A stretch of 64,000 nucleotides of DNA from a virus: positions 1-64,000 of IMG/VR virus record IMGVR_UViG_3300037419_001192. The stretch is one strand, 5' to 3'. This document shows positions 46,997 through 56,724 of the stretch, in pieces. Both the position numbers and the translations under genes were made by a program. The notes under the pieces were generated by a model. It was not told the origin of the DNA and ran no database searches. It saw only the letters and a list, made by a program, of their open reading frames with translations. The number at the start of each line of letters is the position of its first letter. Within the stretch, counting starts at the first letter, position 1.

Positions 46997-49150
46997 ATGA
47001 CGATCTTCTATCTTGACTATGAGGGCGGCAACGATACCTTGGATGGAAAATCGTTCGCTAACCGCCGTAAAACGATTTCATCGCTGACCGCAACGCAGAC
47101 GCTGGCCGCAGGCGACACGGTACGGGTGATGGCATCCCCCGACCCGACGCTGGTGGGAAATGCCACATGGACGCAATACAGCAAGACCGTCACGTTGGCT
47201 GCTGCGGTGACAGCGACAATTTCCCAATGCGAAACCGCATGGACGCCCTCCACGAATATCACGGCATCGACCACGACCAGCAATAAGCAAGGTACGAATG
47301 CGATCACCCTTGCTGTGGGCGCGTCGTTTACCACCGGCAAAATGGCTTATTCGGCCACGGGCACTCTGGATTTATCGGCGTATCAACAAGTCACATTTTG
47401 GATAAAAAATACCGTTGCCATCACGGCGGGGCAGTATAGCCTGCGCCTGTGCAGCGATACCGCTGGCGCTACCTCGGTACATACGGTTGCGATCCCGGCG
47501 ATACCCTCGACCTCTGAATTCGTGGCGCTGACGGTGAACCTGAGCGCGAATATGTCTTCCAGCATTCAGTCGGTTGCTATGTACCGGGATTCCGGCACGG
47601 GCACCCCGACAATTACGCTGGATTGCATCCTCGCCTGCAAGGCATCCTCCAGCGCAGATTCACTATCGCTGACCAGCCTGATCGGCAAGATGTGCAATTT
47701 GTCATGGGTGGCTTCGACCACCTATGCCTCGGGGGATCAGTGCCGCCCGACGCAGCCGAATCGCAATGGCTACCGTTACCAAGCCAGCGCCGGCACCACC
47801 GGCACTACGGAACCCACATGGCCTAACGAGTTGAATGCTACCGTGACCGATGGCACGGTGACTTGGACTTGCATTGGACTAGAAGATACTTGGTATTGCA
47901 TCCAGTCGATCAGCGGTACGACTGTAACCTTGGATAGCGATGTAAATAGCTCAGCGACCACGGGTCAGGGCTATCCCCGCGCCACCGAAACTGTCGCCAC
48001 TTACAAGCGCGAACCCGTAGCGACTGCCATGGCAAGCAGCTCGGCAACCACGGTGCATCAAACCAACGTCGCTGGTACTTCGGAAACCGCGCTCGTTACC
48101 TATACCGGGGGGTGGAGCCGCACCGATATGTCTACGCAGACCGGCGAAACGTGGTACAGCGGGCAAAACGGTTGGGGTTACGCCTTCTTTCAGCAAAACG
48201 CGCAGCCCTTCATCAAGTTCCAGAATTTAAGCCCGGTTCGGTATAGCCAAGGATTCGGCTTGTACGGGGCCAATTCGTACCTGTTCAACTGCCACAGCAA
48301 TAGCAACTCCGGGAACGGCGTCAATACCAACAATGCCAATCCGCTGATGCGGTTTGTCGGATGCTGCTTTAGTCATAACAGCACATCAAATTTTGCGGAT
48401 AGCCAATATGGCCGCAGAGAATTCATTGCCTGTAGCGCAAATTGCTCGGCCAACACGAGCGGTTGGGAATTTACGGGAACCAACGCTATTTCCGGAGAAT
48501 GGAACACGATTGATGCGCTCAACAACTGGCTTTATGGCGTAAACAAAGGAAACCCTTCCCCGCTCACGATCCGTAACCTGACTACCGCGAATAGCCATTC
48601 CACTATTGGCGTTTCCGCGCAGTCGGGCGCACTGACGTTGGTGAATCCGTCGATTGGCGAATCAACCCCGTTCAATACTCTTACCTATCCGGGCGACAGC
48701 TACGTTTATTGTCAGAAATACCAGCGCACAGCGGATAACCACTACATCGTGACCGACAGCGGCACGATCAAGTCCGCGACCGACCAACGCCATACCGCAT
48801 CCGGCATCAGTTGGAAGTTCAACCCGACCGGTACAAACCGCAAGTCGGGCTACCCGCTGCGCTTGGCACTAGGACGTTACCTGCTGGCGGCTAATACCAC
48901 GGCCACGTTCTCAATCTGGGTGCGGCGCGACAACACGAATATCAATGGCCGCTTGATGGTGGCCGGTGGGCAATTGCTGGGCATGCCCTCCGATACCACG
49001 GTGGACTGCGCCCCGGCGATCAATACATGGGTGCAGTACAGCCTATCGGTGACCCCGACTGAAATCGGTGTGGTGGAAGTGGTTTTCTTGTGCTGGGATG
49101 GCGTCGGCACGACGAATAGCTTGTGGATAGATGATCTAGCCAAGGTGTAA
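46997..49150 (+). CDS. putative fibre/adhesin with carbohydrate-binding and beta-helix regions
   Basis: FYLDYEGGNDTLDGKSFA; WVASTTYASGD...GTTGTTEPTWP...DGTVTW; Asn-rich beta-helix. Confidence 0.65.
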   Translation: MTIFYLDYEGGNDTLDGKSFANRRKTISSLTATQTLAAGDTVRVMASPDPTLVGNATWTQYSKTVTLAAAVTATISQCETAWTPSTNITASTTTSNKQGTNAITLAVGASFTTGKMAYSATGTLDLSAYQQVTFWIKNTVAITAGQYSLRLCSDTAGATSVHTVAIPAIPSTSEFVALTVNLSANMSSSIQSVAMYRDSGTGTPTITLDCILACKASSSADSLSLTSLIGKMCNLSWVASTTYASGDQCRPTQPNRNGYRYQASAGTTGTTEPTWPNELNATVTDGTVTWTCIGLEDTWYCIQSISGTTVTLDSDVNSSATTGQGYPRATETVATYKREPVATAMASSSATTVHQTNVAGTSETALVTYTGGWSRTDMSTQTGETWYSGQNGWGYAFFQQNAQPFIKFQNLSPVRYSQGFGLYGANSYLFNCHSNSNSGNGVNTNNANPLMRFVGCCFSHNSTSNFADSQYGRREFIACSANCSANTSGWEFTGTNAISGEWNTIDALNNWLYGVNKGNPSPLTIRNLTTANSHSTIGVSAQSGALTLVNPSIGESTPFNTLTYPGDSYVYCQKYQRTADNHYIVTDSGTIKSATDQRHTASGISWKFNPTGTNRKSGYPLRLALGRYLLAANTTATFSIWVRRDNTNINGRLMVAGGQLLGMPSDTTVDCAPAINTWVQYSLSVTPTEIGVVEVVFLCWDGVGTTNSLWIDDLAKV

Positions 49151-49159
49151 GGGGGCGCG

Positions 49160-51148
49160 ATGACCGCGACAATGAATCTCGACTATGCGTTTGGCGGGCA
49201 ACCCTATGCGGTGGATGCTCCCAGCGACACGACCCCGGATACCCTTGATTATGCGTTTGGCGGGCAGCCCATCTATGTACCGTCATCCTCTACGGCGTCT
49301 TCGTATTCGGTTTCCGTATCGGAATTTGCCACGGCGGCGGATACGCTGTCGGCAACGGATTCCACCGCTGCCAGCATTACCGAAGCCGCTACGGCGGCGG
49401 ATTCCCCTGCCACCACAGTTGCCACGGCGGTCAGCATTCTGGAAAGCAATACCGCCTCGGATTCCGTTACCGGGGGCAATGTCACCACGGCGGCACAATC
49501 TGAGCCCGCTGCGGCGGGGGATGCCCCCACGGTAGCGGTCAATTTTGCACCCTCGATCACCGAAGCTAATACCGCGCTCGATACACTGACTACTGCGGTG
49601 ACATCGGCAGCCACGGTATTGGAAGCCGCCACGGCGGGGGATAGCACCGATGCCGGCGACCTCGTATCCGATAGCGTGGTGGAGGCTGCTGCCAGCGCCG
49701 ATACGGTTGCCGCGACTTGGCAATCGATTGCCACTGCCATGGAAGCCGCAACAGCCGCAGATGCAGTTGGGGTTTCTATACTGGGAGGTTCTTTCAGCGT
49801 TGCCGAGCCCGCCACGGCGACTGACCAAAGCAATGCGTCGGCTATTTATTTGATCAGCGAAGCGGGCGCAGCCACCGATGCGGTGTCAGCGGGGCGTATC
49901 GTTGCAGCTTCGGTTACCGAAGCGGCCACGGCGGGCGATGGCCTCGATCTGCAACAATCGCTGGGCGTCGCCATCACTGAAGCGGCGGTTGCTGCGGATA
50001 GCGAAACCGCTGCCTTCCATACCGTGCTGCGCCAAAGCGAAACGGCGGCAGCGAATTCGACGCAAGCCAGTACGTTGGTCACCGCAGCCAGCATCAATGA
50101 AGCCGCTGCTGCGACCGATAAGCTATCGGCCACGATCCCCAAGAGCCATCAAGTCAAGGCCAGCTTGGCTGAAGCGGCTGCCGCCAAGGATACGGTATCG
50201 ACCGGCCCGACCAAGACCACGGCCACCATCACTGAAAATGGCTTGGCGGCAGATCAAGTGTCTTCCAGCTATATCGGCCAAGTCACGCCGAATGCCGAGG
50301 CCATGGCTGCCTCCGATCAAGCTGGCAGCACGATGGTTACCCTTGCTACGGCGGCGGAAGCCGCGCTGGCGGATGACCTTGCCGATGGCACGTTGGTATC
50401 GACGCAAGGGGCAGTGGATGCTGCTGCGGCGGCAGATTCCTTATCTGCTGGCGTAACAACGGCGGCTGCTGTGCTGGAGATTGTTGCGGCAGTCGAAATA
50501 GTATCGGGCACTCTCGTCACGGCGGCGGGCGTTACGGAAGCCGCTGCTGCCCTCGATACCGAACAGCAGACCAAGGCGCTGGCCCCGCTGGCAATGCATC
50601 TGGAAGTTGCGCAAGCACTGGATGTCGTGGCTGCGGATCGTATCGTGCTTGCCGATGTCGCAGAGCCGACCGACTACCTGACCGAAGCAACTGATTCTTC
50701 GTTGATCGAACTCTCGGTGCAGCAACTCGAAAAGCTGCATGCCACCGATGCCACCGATGCCGGCTATGCGATCCCGCTGGCAGATACCGAAGCCGCGAAT
50801 GCGAAAGCCATGGTATCGGCAGGCTTGCTGGCGGCAGCAGAGCAATGGGATTACGCGGCAGCACAGGATGACGTCGATGCCGGGATCACGTACCAAGTCA
50901 GCGTGGCTGAAGCCGCCTTCGCTACGGATAGTACCGATGCCGGCGTGATTCGCCTTGCCATCACTGTGGAAATCGCGGCGGCGAGCGATGCCAGCAACCG
51001 CGCCATCGAAGAAATCAAGCCGATCAAGACTGGATTGCATTTCGCCCATATCGGACACGGCAGCTTGAATTGGCAATCAATTGCCAAGCGCGAGGCGAAC
51101 TTTAGTTCGGTGCGCCGTTATCAAGTACCATTTTCCGATGAGCAATAG
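49160..51148 (+). CDS. Ala/Thr-rich repeat fibre protein
   Basis: Many E-x-A-x-A-x-D repeats at roughly 18-20 aa period; duplicated LDYAFGGQP at N-terminus. Confidence 0.65.
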   Translation: MTATMNLDYAFGGQPYAVDAPSDTTPDTLDYAFGGQPIYVPSSSTASSYSVSVSEFATAADTLSATDSTAASITEAATAADSPATTVATAVSILESNTASDSVTGGNVTTAAQSEPAAAGDAPTVAVNFAPSITEANTALDTLTTAVTSAATVLEAATAGDSTDAGDLVSDSVVEAAASADTVAATWQSIATAMEAATAADAVGVSILGGSFSVAEPATATDQSNASAIYLISEAGAATDAVSAGRIVAASVTEAATAGDGLDLQQSLGVAITEAAVAADSETAAFHTVLRQSETAAANSTQASTLVTAASINEAAAATDKLSATIPKSHQVKASLAEAAAAKDTVSTGPTKTTATITENGLAADQVSSSYIGQVTPNAEAMAASDQAGSTMVTLATAAEAALADDLADGTLVSTQGAVDAAAAADSLSAGVTTAAAVLEIVAAVEIVSGTLVTAAGVTEAAAALDTEQQTKALAPLAMHLEVAQALDVVAADRIVLADVAEPTDYLTEATDSSLIELSVQQLEKLHATDATDAGYAIPLADTEAANAKAMVSAGLLAAAEQWDYAAAQDDVDAGITYQVSVAEAAFATDSTDAGVIRLAITVEIAAASDASNRAIEEIKPIKTGLHFAHIGHGSLNWQSIAKREANFSSVRRYQVPFSDEQ

Positions 51149-51156
51149 GAGCCGCC

Positions 51157-51465
51157 ATGAGCTATACCCTTGTTGAAAATGATACCGGTGTACAACTTGA
51201 AGTCACTTGCACCGAGAACGATCCGCCGACGCCCATCGACTTGACCGATTGCACCGTGCTGATTCGCTGGCAAAACATCAATGGCACTTTCGAGCGACAG
51301 ATGACGATCCTCGATATCGCCGGGGGCGTGGTCACGTATACCTTCGGCGCAGCGGAAATCGTCGCGCCTGATATGGAATTTGAATTACAAATTACCAACC
51401 TTGCGGGCAATGTTCGTACTTCTTTGCAAACAATTCGTGAAAGAGTGCGTGAAAGACTCGGTTAA
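51157..51465 (+). CDS. BppU-like fibre attachment protein
   Basis: ENDTG..LEVT...PIDLTDCTV...GVVTYTF...EFELQIT. Confidence 0.6.
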   Translation: MSYTLVENDTGVQLEVTCTENDPPTPIDLTDCTVLIRWQNINGTFERQMTILDIAGGVVTYTFGAAEIVAPDMEFELQITNLAGNVRTSLQTIRERVRERLG

Positions 51466-51545
51466 TACCAAAAATCAGAACGATTAGTGTTGTTCGGAGG
51501 AAATGGTCAGACTACGCTTCGGATAGGTAACCAACGGAGTCTGCC

Positions 51546-51791
51546 ATGCCCGGAATAGGACAACGGCCCGAAGACCATTCGGATATCAAGGTGGACATCG
51601 CCATCCTGAAGAAAGAAGTCGAAGCGGCGCGAGAAATGATGAAGCGGGAATTGGATACGGTCAATTCCACCCTGAAAACCCTTGTCACCCGGATTGAATT
51701 CACCCCGATCAAGATCATCGTGTACGGCCTCGTCGGCTCGATCATGACCGGAGTTCTCGGTGCCATCTTGGCGAATGTGATACGAAAATGA
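51546..51791 (+). CDS. small coiled-coil + TM protein (holin-like)
   Basis: VTRIEFTPIKIIVYGLVGSIMTGVLGAIL. Confidence 0.6.
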   Translation: MPGIGQRPEDHSDIKVDIAILKKEVEAAREMMKRELDTVNSTLKTLVTRIEFTPIKIIVYGLVGSIMTGVLGAILANVIRK

Positions 51792-52258
51792 TACCCCACG
51801 GCATGAAGCAAGCGGTCAGGCAAGAATTCCCGGTGCTGCTGGCAGTCTGTTTCGTCGCCCTGATCCTCGGCGGGCTCGGCGCAATCGGTTGGCTGTATGT
51901 TTTCGAACAGCCTTACCTCGAATACCGCAACATTCCCTTTCCGATCACGGACAACCCGGTGCGGGCCGGCGATTCGGTGCCGTTGACGGTATCGCGGTGC
52001 AGCCGGGCTTCAACGCCGCGCACCTATACCCTCACGCACTCGCTGGAAAACATCAAAACGCATGCCGTGGTGCTGCTGCCCGAAACGCAATCGTATATCC
52101 AGCCGGGTTGCTCCATCGGCCTATCCTCGCTGCATACGGTGCCGAAAGGCACTCCGACCGGGCGCTACCGCGTCTATGGCTTGGCTGAAGTCCGCACCAG
52201 TTTCCGTACCCATTACGTCGAATGGTATAGCCAAGAATTCGATGTGATTGGCAATTGA
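51788..52258 (+). CDS. membrane-anchored periplasmic protein in lysis region
   Basis: N-terminal TM then beta domain with two Cys. Confidence 0.6.
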   Translation: MIPHGMKQAVRQEFPVLLAVCFVALILGGLGAIGWLYVFEQPYLEYRNIPFPITDNPVRAGDSVPLTVSRCSRASTPRTYTLTHSLENIKTHAVVLLPETQSYIQPGCSIGLSSLHTVPKGTPTGRYRVYGLAEVRTSFRTHYVEWYSQEFDVIGN

Positions 52259-52273
52259 TTGCCGGATGCCGCC

Positions 52274-52738
52274 ATGCAAATCTCCGACAACGCCGGCAAG
52301 ATACTGAAGCATTACGAGCAAGGGCCGGGCGGCGATTTTGCGCCGAATCCTTACCTGTGCCCGGCTGGCAAGAGGACGGTGGGCTGGGGCCATGTCATCC
52401 TTCCCTTCGAAAAATTCAACTTCCCGATCAGCCGCGATGAAGCGGATTCGATCCTGCAAACCGATTTGGCAAAGGCACTGATCGCCGTGATGTCCGGCAT
52501 CAAGGTAGCGCTGAACCAAGGCCAGATCGATGCCATTACCTCCTTCACGTTCAATGTCGGGGATCACGCCTTCCTGACATCCACGATGCTCAAGTACATC
52601 AACGCCTCGAAATTCCAGTTGGCTGCCGCCGAGTTTGGCAAATGGGTCTTCGCGGGCGGCATGGTGCTGCCGGGACTGGTGCGGCGCAGAAACTGCGAGT
52701 CCCATTTGTTTTTAACCGGGGAATTGCTGCTGTTCTAA
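52274..52738 (+). CDS. endolysin, phage lysozyme (GH24)
   Basis: HYEQG...YLCPAGKRTVGWGH, SFTFNVG, STML, W.FAGG.VLPGLVRRR. Confidence 0.92.
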   Translation: MQISDNAGKILKHYEQGPGGDFAPNPYLCPAGKRTVGWGHVILPFEKFNFPISRDEADSILQTDLAKALIAVMSGIKVALNQGQIDAITSFTFNVGDHAFLTSTMLKYINASKFQLAAAEFGKWVFAGGMVLPGLVRRRNCESHLFLTGELLLF

Positions 52739-52750
52739 CAGGGAGGGGCT

Positions 52751-53233
52751 ATGGAAAAGCTGATATTGTTTTTTCAGTTGTTTCGCCAAGGGTCTGAAGT
52801 CGCTGATCCTGCAAAGTGGAAGTCGCGCCAGATCACGGCCACGATGCTCGTCGGCGTGTTCGTCATCCTGCAAAAAATTGCCAAGAGCTTCGGCTATGAA
52901 ATCCCGCTCAATGAAGGCGACATGGCTACGGTGGGCGGCGCGATTGTGGTTATCGTCAATGTGGTGCTTACCATGGTCACCAGCAAGCGGGCAGGCTTTC
53001 CCATCCCCGCCGACCAACCCCCATTCCAGCCTGTGGAGCCAGACCGGGTTATCGGCACCGAATCTCGCGGCCCTGTCACGGTTGCAACCGGCAACAATGA
53101 AGACATTGCCTCGTTCACCGTCACGACCAAGAAGCGGGATCAAACTGGAGTGGATCGACCCGCTGCCAAGGCAGACGCGCCATTGCAGCCCGTCGCTAGA
53201 ACCCCTCGCCCGGACGATACCTATTTCGGGTAG
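52751..53233 (+). CDS. two-TM membrane protein (holin-like)
   Basis: GGAGG RBS; two hydrophobic segments; next to lysozyme. Confidence 0.6.
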   Translation: MEKLILFFQLFRQGSEVADPAKWKSRQITATMLVGVFVILQKIAKSFGYEIPLNEGDMATVGGAIVVIVNVVLTMVTSKRAGFPIPADQPPFQPVEPDRVIGTESRGPVTVATGNNEDIASFTVTTKKRDQTGVDRPAAKADAPLQPVARTPRPDDTYFG

Positions 53234-53319
53234 TATTGCGGTGCAGCTACCTTCCGGTGGGGAAATCTATCTGACCGGTATCCAATTCAAGATCAAATGC
53301 ATTTACTAAGGAGTGTGAA

Positions 53320-53592
53320 ATGAGCAATTTTACCGATATCGTCAAAGCCGCCGCCGAAATCCTGCCGGTCGTTGCCTCGCTCGTGCAAGCCGTGGAAGCG
53401 GTGATGCCGCAATCGGGCCAAGGCTCGGTCAAGCTGGCTGCGGTGCGCGTGATGCTGCAAAACGCTTACAACCAAGTCGAACATGCTTCCGCCGCCTTCG
53501 ATCAGGTATGGCCGCTGGTACAGCCGGCGATTGCCGCAATGGTCACTGTCTACAATGCAACTGGCCTGTTCCACAAGCCGCAGCAGGCTTGA
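53320..53592 (+). CDS. hypothetical lysis-region protein
   Basis: AAGGAG RBS; LVQAVEA..P.SGQGSVKL. Confidence 0.65.
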   Translation: MSNFTDIVKAAAEILPVVASLVQAVEAVMPQSGQGSVKLAAVRVMLQNAYNQVEHASAAFDQVWPLVQPAIAAMVTVYNATGLFHKPQQA

Positions 53593-53617
53593 CAAACAGA
53601 TCGGTCGGTGCTAACCT
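53589..53617 (+). promoter_or_regulatory. sigma70-type early promoter with no convincing downstream CDS
   Basis: TTGACA(AAC)-N17-TAACCT with TG extension. Confidence 0.6.
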
Positions 53618-53622
53618 GAATT

Positions 53623-53693
53623 TGGTTTAACCGACCGAAGCATTCTCTACTCTGCCAACCCCGATGCGTGTAATAGCCATCGGGGTCTTTTTT
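53623..53693 (+). ncRNA. candidate ~70-nt small RNA
   Basis: Between promoter 53589 and terminator 53658-53693; no RBS or ORF. Confidence 0.35.
53658..53693 (+). terminator. intrinsic terminator
   Basis: ACCCCGATG-loop-CATCGGGGT + CTTTTTT. Confidence 0.85.
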
Positions 53694-53696
53694 CGC

Positions 53697-53960
53697 CTAT
53701 GCAGGATCGTATTCCGCCACTACCAGCGGCGCGTTAGCTTCCTTCGGTCTGACGATCCTGCCATCTTCATCGACGTAGGTTCTCGGATCGACAGAATGGA
53801 CGCGCCAGCCTTTCGGGGCTCGGTATTGCCCGGCTTCCTTCAAGGCCAGTTTTGCCGCAGCGATATCCTTGCCCTTGCCCCAGTAACCGGAGGAAGTGCT
53901 GATCAATAGGAAGTCACCTTCGCGGGCAGGGACGAGCGTGTTCGGGATTGGTTTAGCCAT
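53697..53960 (-). CDS. hypothetical protein (only well-supported minus-strand gene)
   Basis: TCAATGGAGTGA leader and consensus promoter on minus strand. Confidence 0.75.
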   Translation of the reverse strand: MAKPIPNTLVPAREGDFLLISTSSGYWGKGKDIAAAKLALKEAGQYRAPKGWRVHSVDPRTYVDEDGRIVRPKEANAPLVVAEYDPA

Positions 53961-54007
53961 TTCTCACTCCATTGATATCCGGCAGGAACAATTCCCACCG
54001 ACAAACC

Positions 54008-54037
54008 CAGTATAACACACAACAAATGGTTTGTCAA
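54008..54037 (-). promoter_or_regulatory. sigma70-type early promoter (leftward)
   Basis: TTGACA(AAC)-N17-TATACT on minus strand. Confidence 0.8.
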
Positions 54038-54071
54038 ATACAACCGTGCGGCAATCGATTGCCAAAACCCT

Positions 54072-54099
54072 TTGACAAACCGTATAGATGTGATAATAT
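54072..54099 (+). promoter_or_regulatory. sigma70-type early promoter (rightward)
   Basis: TTGACA(AAC)-N16-TAATAT. Confidence 0.75.
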
Positions 54100-54137
54100 G
54101 AAGTCGTAGTGATGACCAACGATCAATGGAGTGAGAA

Positions 54138-54338
54138 ATGACTGGTAACGAGATTGTCCGAAAAGTTCGCGCCCATCGCGGCAAAGTGCAGATGCCGGTG
54201 CTGTTCCCGAATGACACGGTGTATATGTACGTCGAAAAAGCCGACATCATCGATAGGTTCAAACGGTACGGAAATGAAGATTCGGAAATGGTTTTCGAGA
54301 TTAGGGGCGAGGATGCCTATATCGACCGCGCTTACTGA
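54138..54338 (+). CDS. hypothetical protein
   Basis: TCAATGGAGTGA leader. Confidence 0.65.
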   Translation: MTGNEIVRKVRAHRGKVQMPVLFPNDTVYMYVEKADIIDRFKRYGNEDSEMVFEIRGEDAYIDRAY

Positions 54339-54380
54339 CCAGAAACAGGTTTATACTGGGCAACTTCTACGGAGGTTGCC

Positions 54381-54662
54381 ATGCAACGAATCGATCTGTC
54401 GAAACATCATGTTGTGCGCGGCATCGCCAGCAACAAGTCTGATTGGCATGAAATGCCGTACAAGATTCAATGGCAGCAGCCGGACTCGTTAGATTTGTGG
54501 ATTCTCACAGAGCCCGGCTTATACCAGTGGCGCGGCTTGATCAACAAGGTCACCGGCCAGCGCATGACCTATCAGCATGATTGGGTTGGAGCGCTCGGGC
54601 AATTCCAATTCTTTGGCGGCATCCTCGGCGTGGAGTATGATTTGGTGCTTGTCGTGAAGTAA
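54381..54662 (+). CDS. hypothetical protein
   Basis: GGAGG RBS. Confidence 0.6.
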   Translation: MQRIDLSKHHVVRGIASNKSDWHEMPYKIQWQQPDSLDLWILTEPGLYQWRGLINKVTGQRMTYQHDWVGALGQFQFFGGILGVEYDLVLVVK

Positions 54663-54680
54663 GACCTTCAAGGAGTGAAC

Positions 54681-54908
54681 ATGACTGCCCAGCAAGCCCG
54701 CGTCTTGAAAATACTGATTGCCCGCGACCGTTTGTACCGCAGCAAAGTGTTTTATCAAGTCCCTGTCGAAAAGAAAGACATGGGCGTGGCAATCGGCGTG
54801 GTGGCGAATCGCCAGACCGCTGATTCCCTCGTTGCATGCGGCTTGGCTGAAGTCCGAGACTTTGATGGCCGGCTGTATGTGTGTTTGAAAAGTAACCTTG
54901 GCAATTGA
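54681..54908 (+). CDS. hypothetical protein, possibly wHTH-like
   Basis: AGGAG RBS; MTAQQARVLKIL...RQTADSLVACGLAE. Confidence 0.6.
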   Translation: MTAQQARVLKILIARDRLYRSKVFYQVPVEKKDMGVAIGVVANRQTADSLVACGLAEVRDFDGRLYVCLKSNLGN

Positions 54909-54932
54909 TTGCCATTTTCAATGGAGTGGCTG

Positions 54933-56129
54933 ATGCTCATTGAAACTGCCTTGAAGGCAAAATTTCCTGTGATTGCTGTTACCACGGACGATTGCATATC
55001 CGTGCCGCAAGTGCTGACCGCATGGACTGGATTCAAAGCCGCCGAACTATCCAGCAAGACCCAGATACCGGCGATCCACACGATTTACTATTGCTTCGAT
55101 GCCGACCTGATCACGATCAAGCTGTATGAGAAATTCAAGGATGCGGGCCGCAGCGTCGTGCTGGTGAATCCAGAAAAGAAATGTCAGATGGCATTCGAGG
55201 CCGGCGAACTGACGGTGCCGGAAGCGATGTTCCGCGAACATCTTGCCGCCCTGACCAATGAAGAAGTTGGCGGCATGCTGTACCCGGTATTGAAAGGCTT
55301 GTCGTTAAAAACCGCTGAAGAAGTGTTGATGATTGCGCAAGTGCAATTCAATTCGGTGCTGCCCGCCGATGTGAAGCGGGCGCGGACGATGTTGAAAGGG
55401 CTGGAGCATGGACTGCATACCATCGATACCGATTATGATTTCTATCTGTTCCCGGAAAAGCTGAAGGAATGGCTGGAACTCAACCGGGATTACTTCCTGA
55501 ATCCGAAAACACCGGCCAAGCTGGTGCCGCGTGGCGTGATGCTCGAAGGCTATCCCGGCACCGGCAAGTCGATGGCGGCAAAAGCAATTGCCCGCTATTT
55601 CGGGGTGCCGCTATACCGGCTCGATGTTTCCACCGCCATTACGAAATACCAAGGGGAATCGGAAAACCGCGTCGCCCGCATTCTTGCCTCGCTGGAAAAG
55701 GAAGCCCCGTGCGTGTTGTTGCTCGATGAAGTCGAAAAGATTTTCTCCGGTATATCCGGGGAATCCACCGGGGTCATCACCCGTATCCTGTCGCAACTGC
55801 TATGGTGGCTGGCCGAGCATCGCAGCCGTATTATCACGGTGATGACCACCAATAATTTGACGCACATCCCCCCGGAGTTGTACCGCAGTGGCCGTTGCGA
55901 CATGGTAATGAAAATCCCTCGCATGAGCCTGCAAGAAGCGCATTGCTTTGCTATTCGAGTGTACGAGAGTGTTTTAGGGCAAAAACCTTCAATGAAGGTT
56001 ACAACGATGCTAAAAGAGGCATTGAAAACCCAGAATGCCGCCGAGTTCGCCCATAGCGATGTTGCTGAAGTGGTCTATTTCCTGATAAAAAAACACAACT
56101 GGTTATCCCATGGCTCAATTTCCGTTTAA
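54933..56129 (+). CDS. AAA+ ATPase (Ycf46-like)
   Basis: GYPGTGKS Walker A, YQGESE, LLLDEVEK Walker B, MTTN sensor 1, PPELYRSGRCD. Confidence 0.92.
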   Translation: MLIETALKAKFPVIAVTTDDCISVPQVLTAWTGFKAAELSSKTQIPAIHTIYYCFDADLITIKLYEKFKDAGRSVVLVNPEKKCQMAFEAGELTVPEAMFREHLAALTNEEVGGMLYPVLKGLSLKTAEEVLMIAQVQFNSVLPADVKRARTMLKGLEHGLHTIDTDYDFYLFPEKLKEWLELNRDYFLNPKTPAKLVPRGVMLEGYPGTGKSMAAKAIARYFGVPLYRLDVSTAITKYQGESENRVARILASLEKEAPCVLLLDEVEKIFSGISGESTGVITRILSQLLWWLAEHRSRIITVMTTNNLTHIPPELYRSGRCDMVMKIPRMSLQEAHCFAIRVYESVLGQKPSMKVTTMLKEALKTQNAAEFAHSDVAEVVYFLIKKHNWLSHGSISV

Positions 56130-56724
56130 AGACCTGACTTTCCAAACTTTTGGAAAGTTAAAAGTTTTGTACCAGTCTGCTATTAAGAAACATAACCGGG
56201 TGACTTGGGTATGCCGGTGTTCTTGTGGAAACCAATGCTTGGTCACTGGAAATGCTCTTGTTATGGGTAATACGTCTTCTTGCGGGTGTGGGCATTACGA
56301 GGGGATAACTACCCACGGCCTTTCAAAAACTCCAACCTATAAGAGTTGGAATGCCATGGTGGGCCGCTGCACAAAACCCAACTGGAAGGATTATGCGCGT
56401 TATGGGGCAATAGGTATCACGGTATGTGGGCGGTGGCTGGGGGAAAAGGGATTTGAAAATTTCCTTGCCGATATGGGTACTCGTCCGGAAGGAACTACCC
56501 TTGACCGCTACCCTAATAATGCTGGCAATTATGAGCCCGGAAACTGCCGATGGGCTACTCCACAGCAGCAAAACACTAATCAAAGGCATCTAGTGTTTTA
56601 TGAACACGAGGGCAAGAGAATGACAATCACCGAATGGGAACGTGAACTAGGGTTTAAAAAGACAACCCTCCGCGCCCGGATACAACGGTATGGCATGACC
56701 TTTGAAGAAGCCATAAAGAAATGA
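56110..56724 (+). CDS. HNH homing endonuclease
   Basis: WVCRCSCGN...SCGC, YKSWNAMVGRC, GITVCGRW, FENFLADMG, TLDRYPNNAGNYEPGNCRWAT; AT-rich. Confidence 0.9.
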   Translation: MAQFPFKDLTFQTFGKLKVLYQSAIKKHNRVTWVCRCSCGNQCLVTGNALVMGNTSSCGCGHYEGITTHGLSKTPTYKSWNAMVGRCTKPNWKDYARYGAIGITVCGRWLGEKGFENFLADMGTRPEGTTLDRYPNNAGNYEPGNCRWATPQQQNTNQRHLVFYEHEGKRMTITEWERELGFKKTTLRARIQRYGMTFEEAIKK

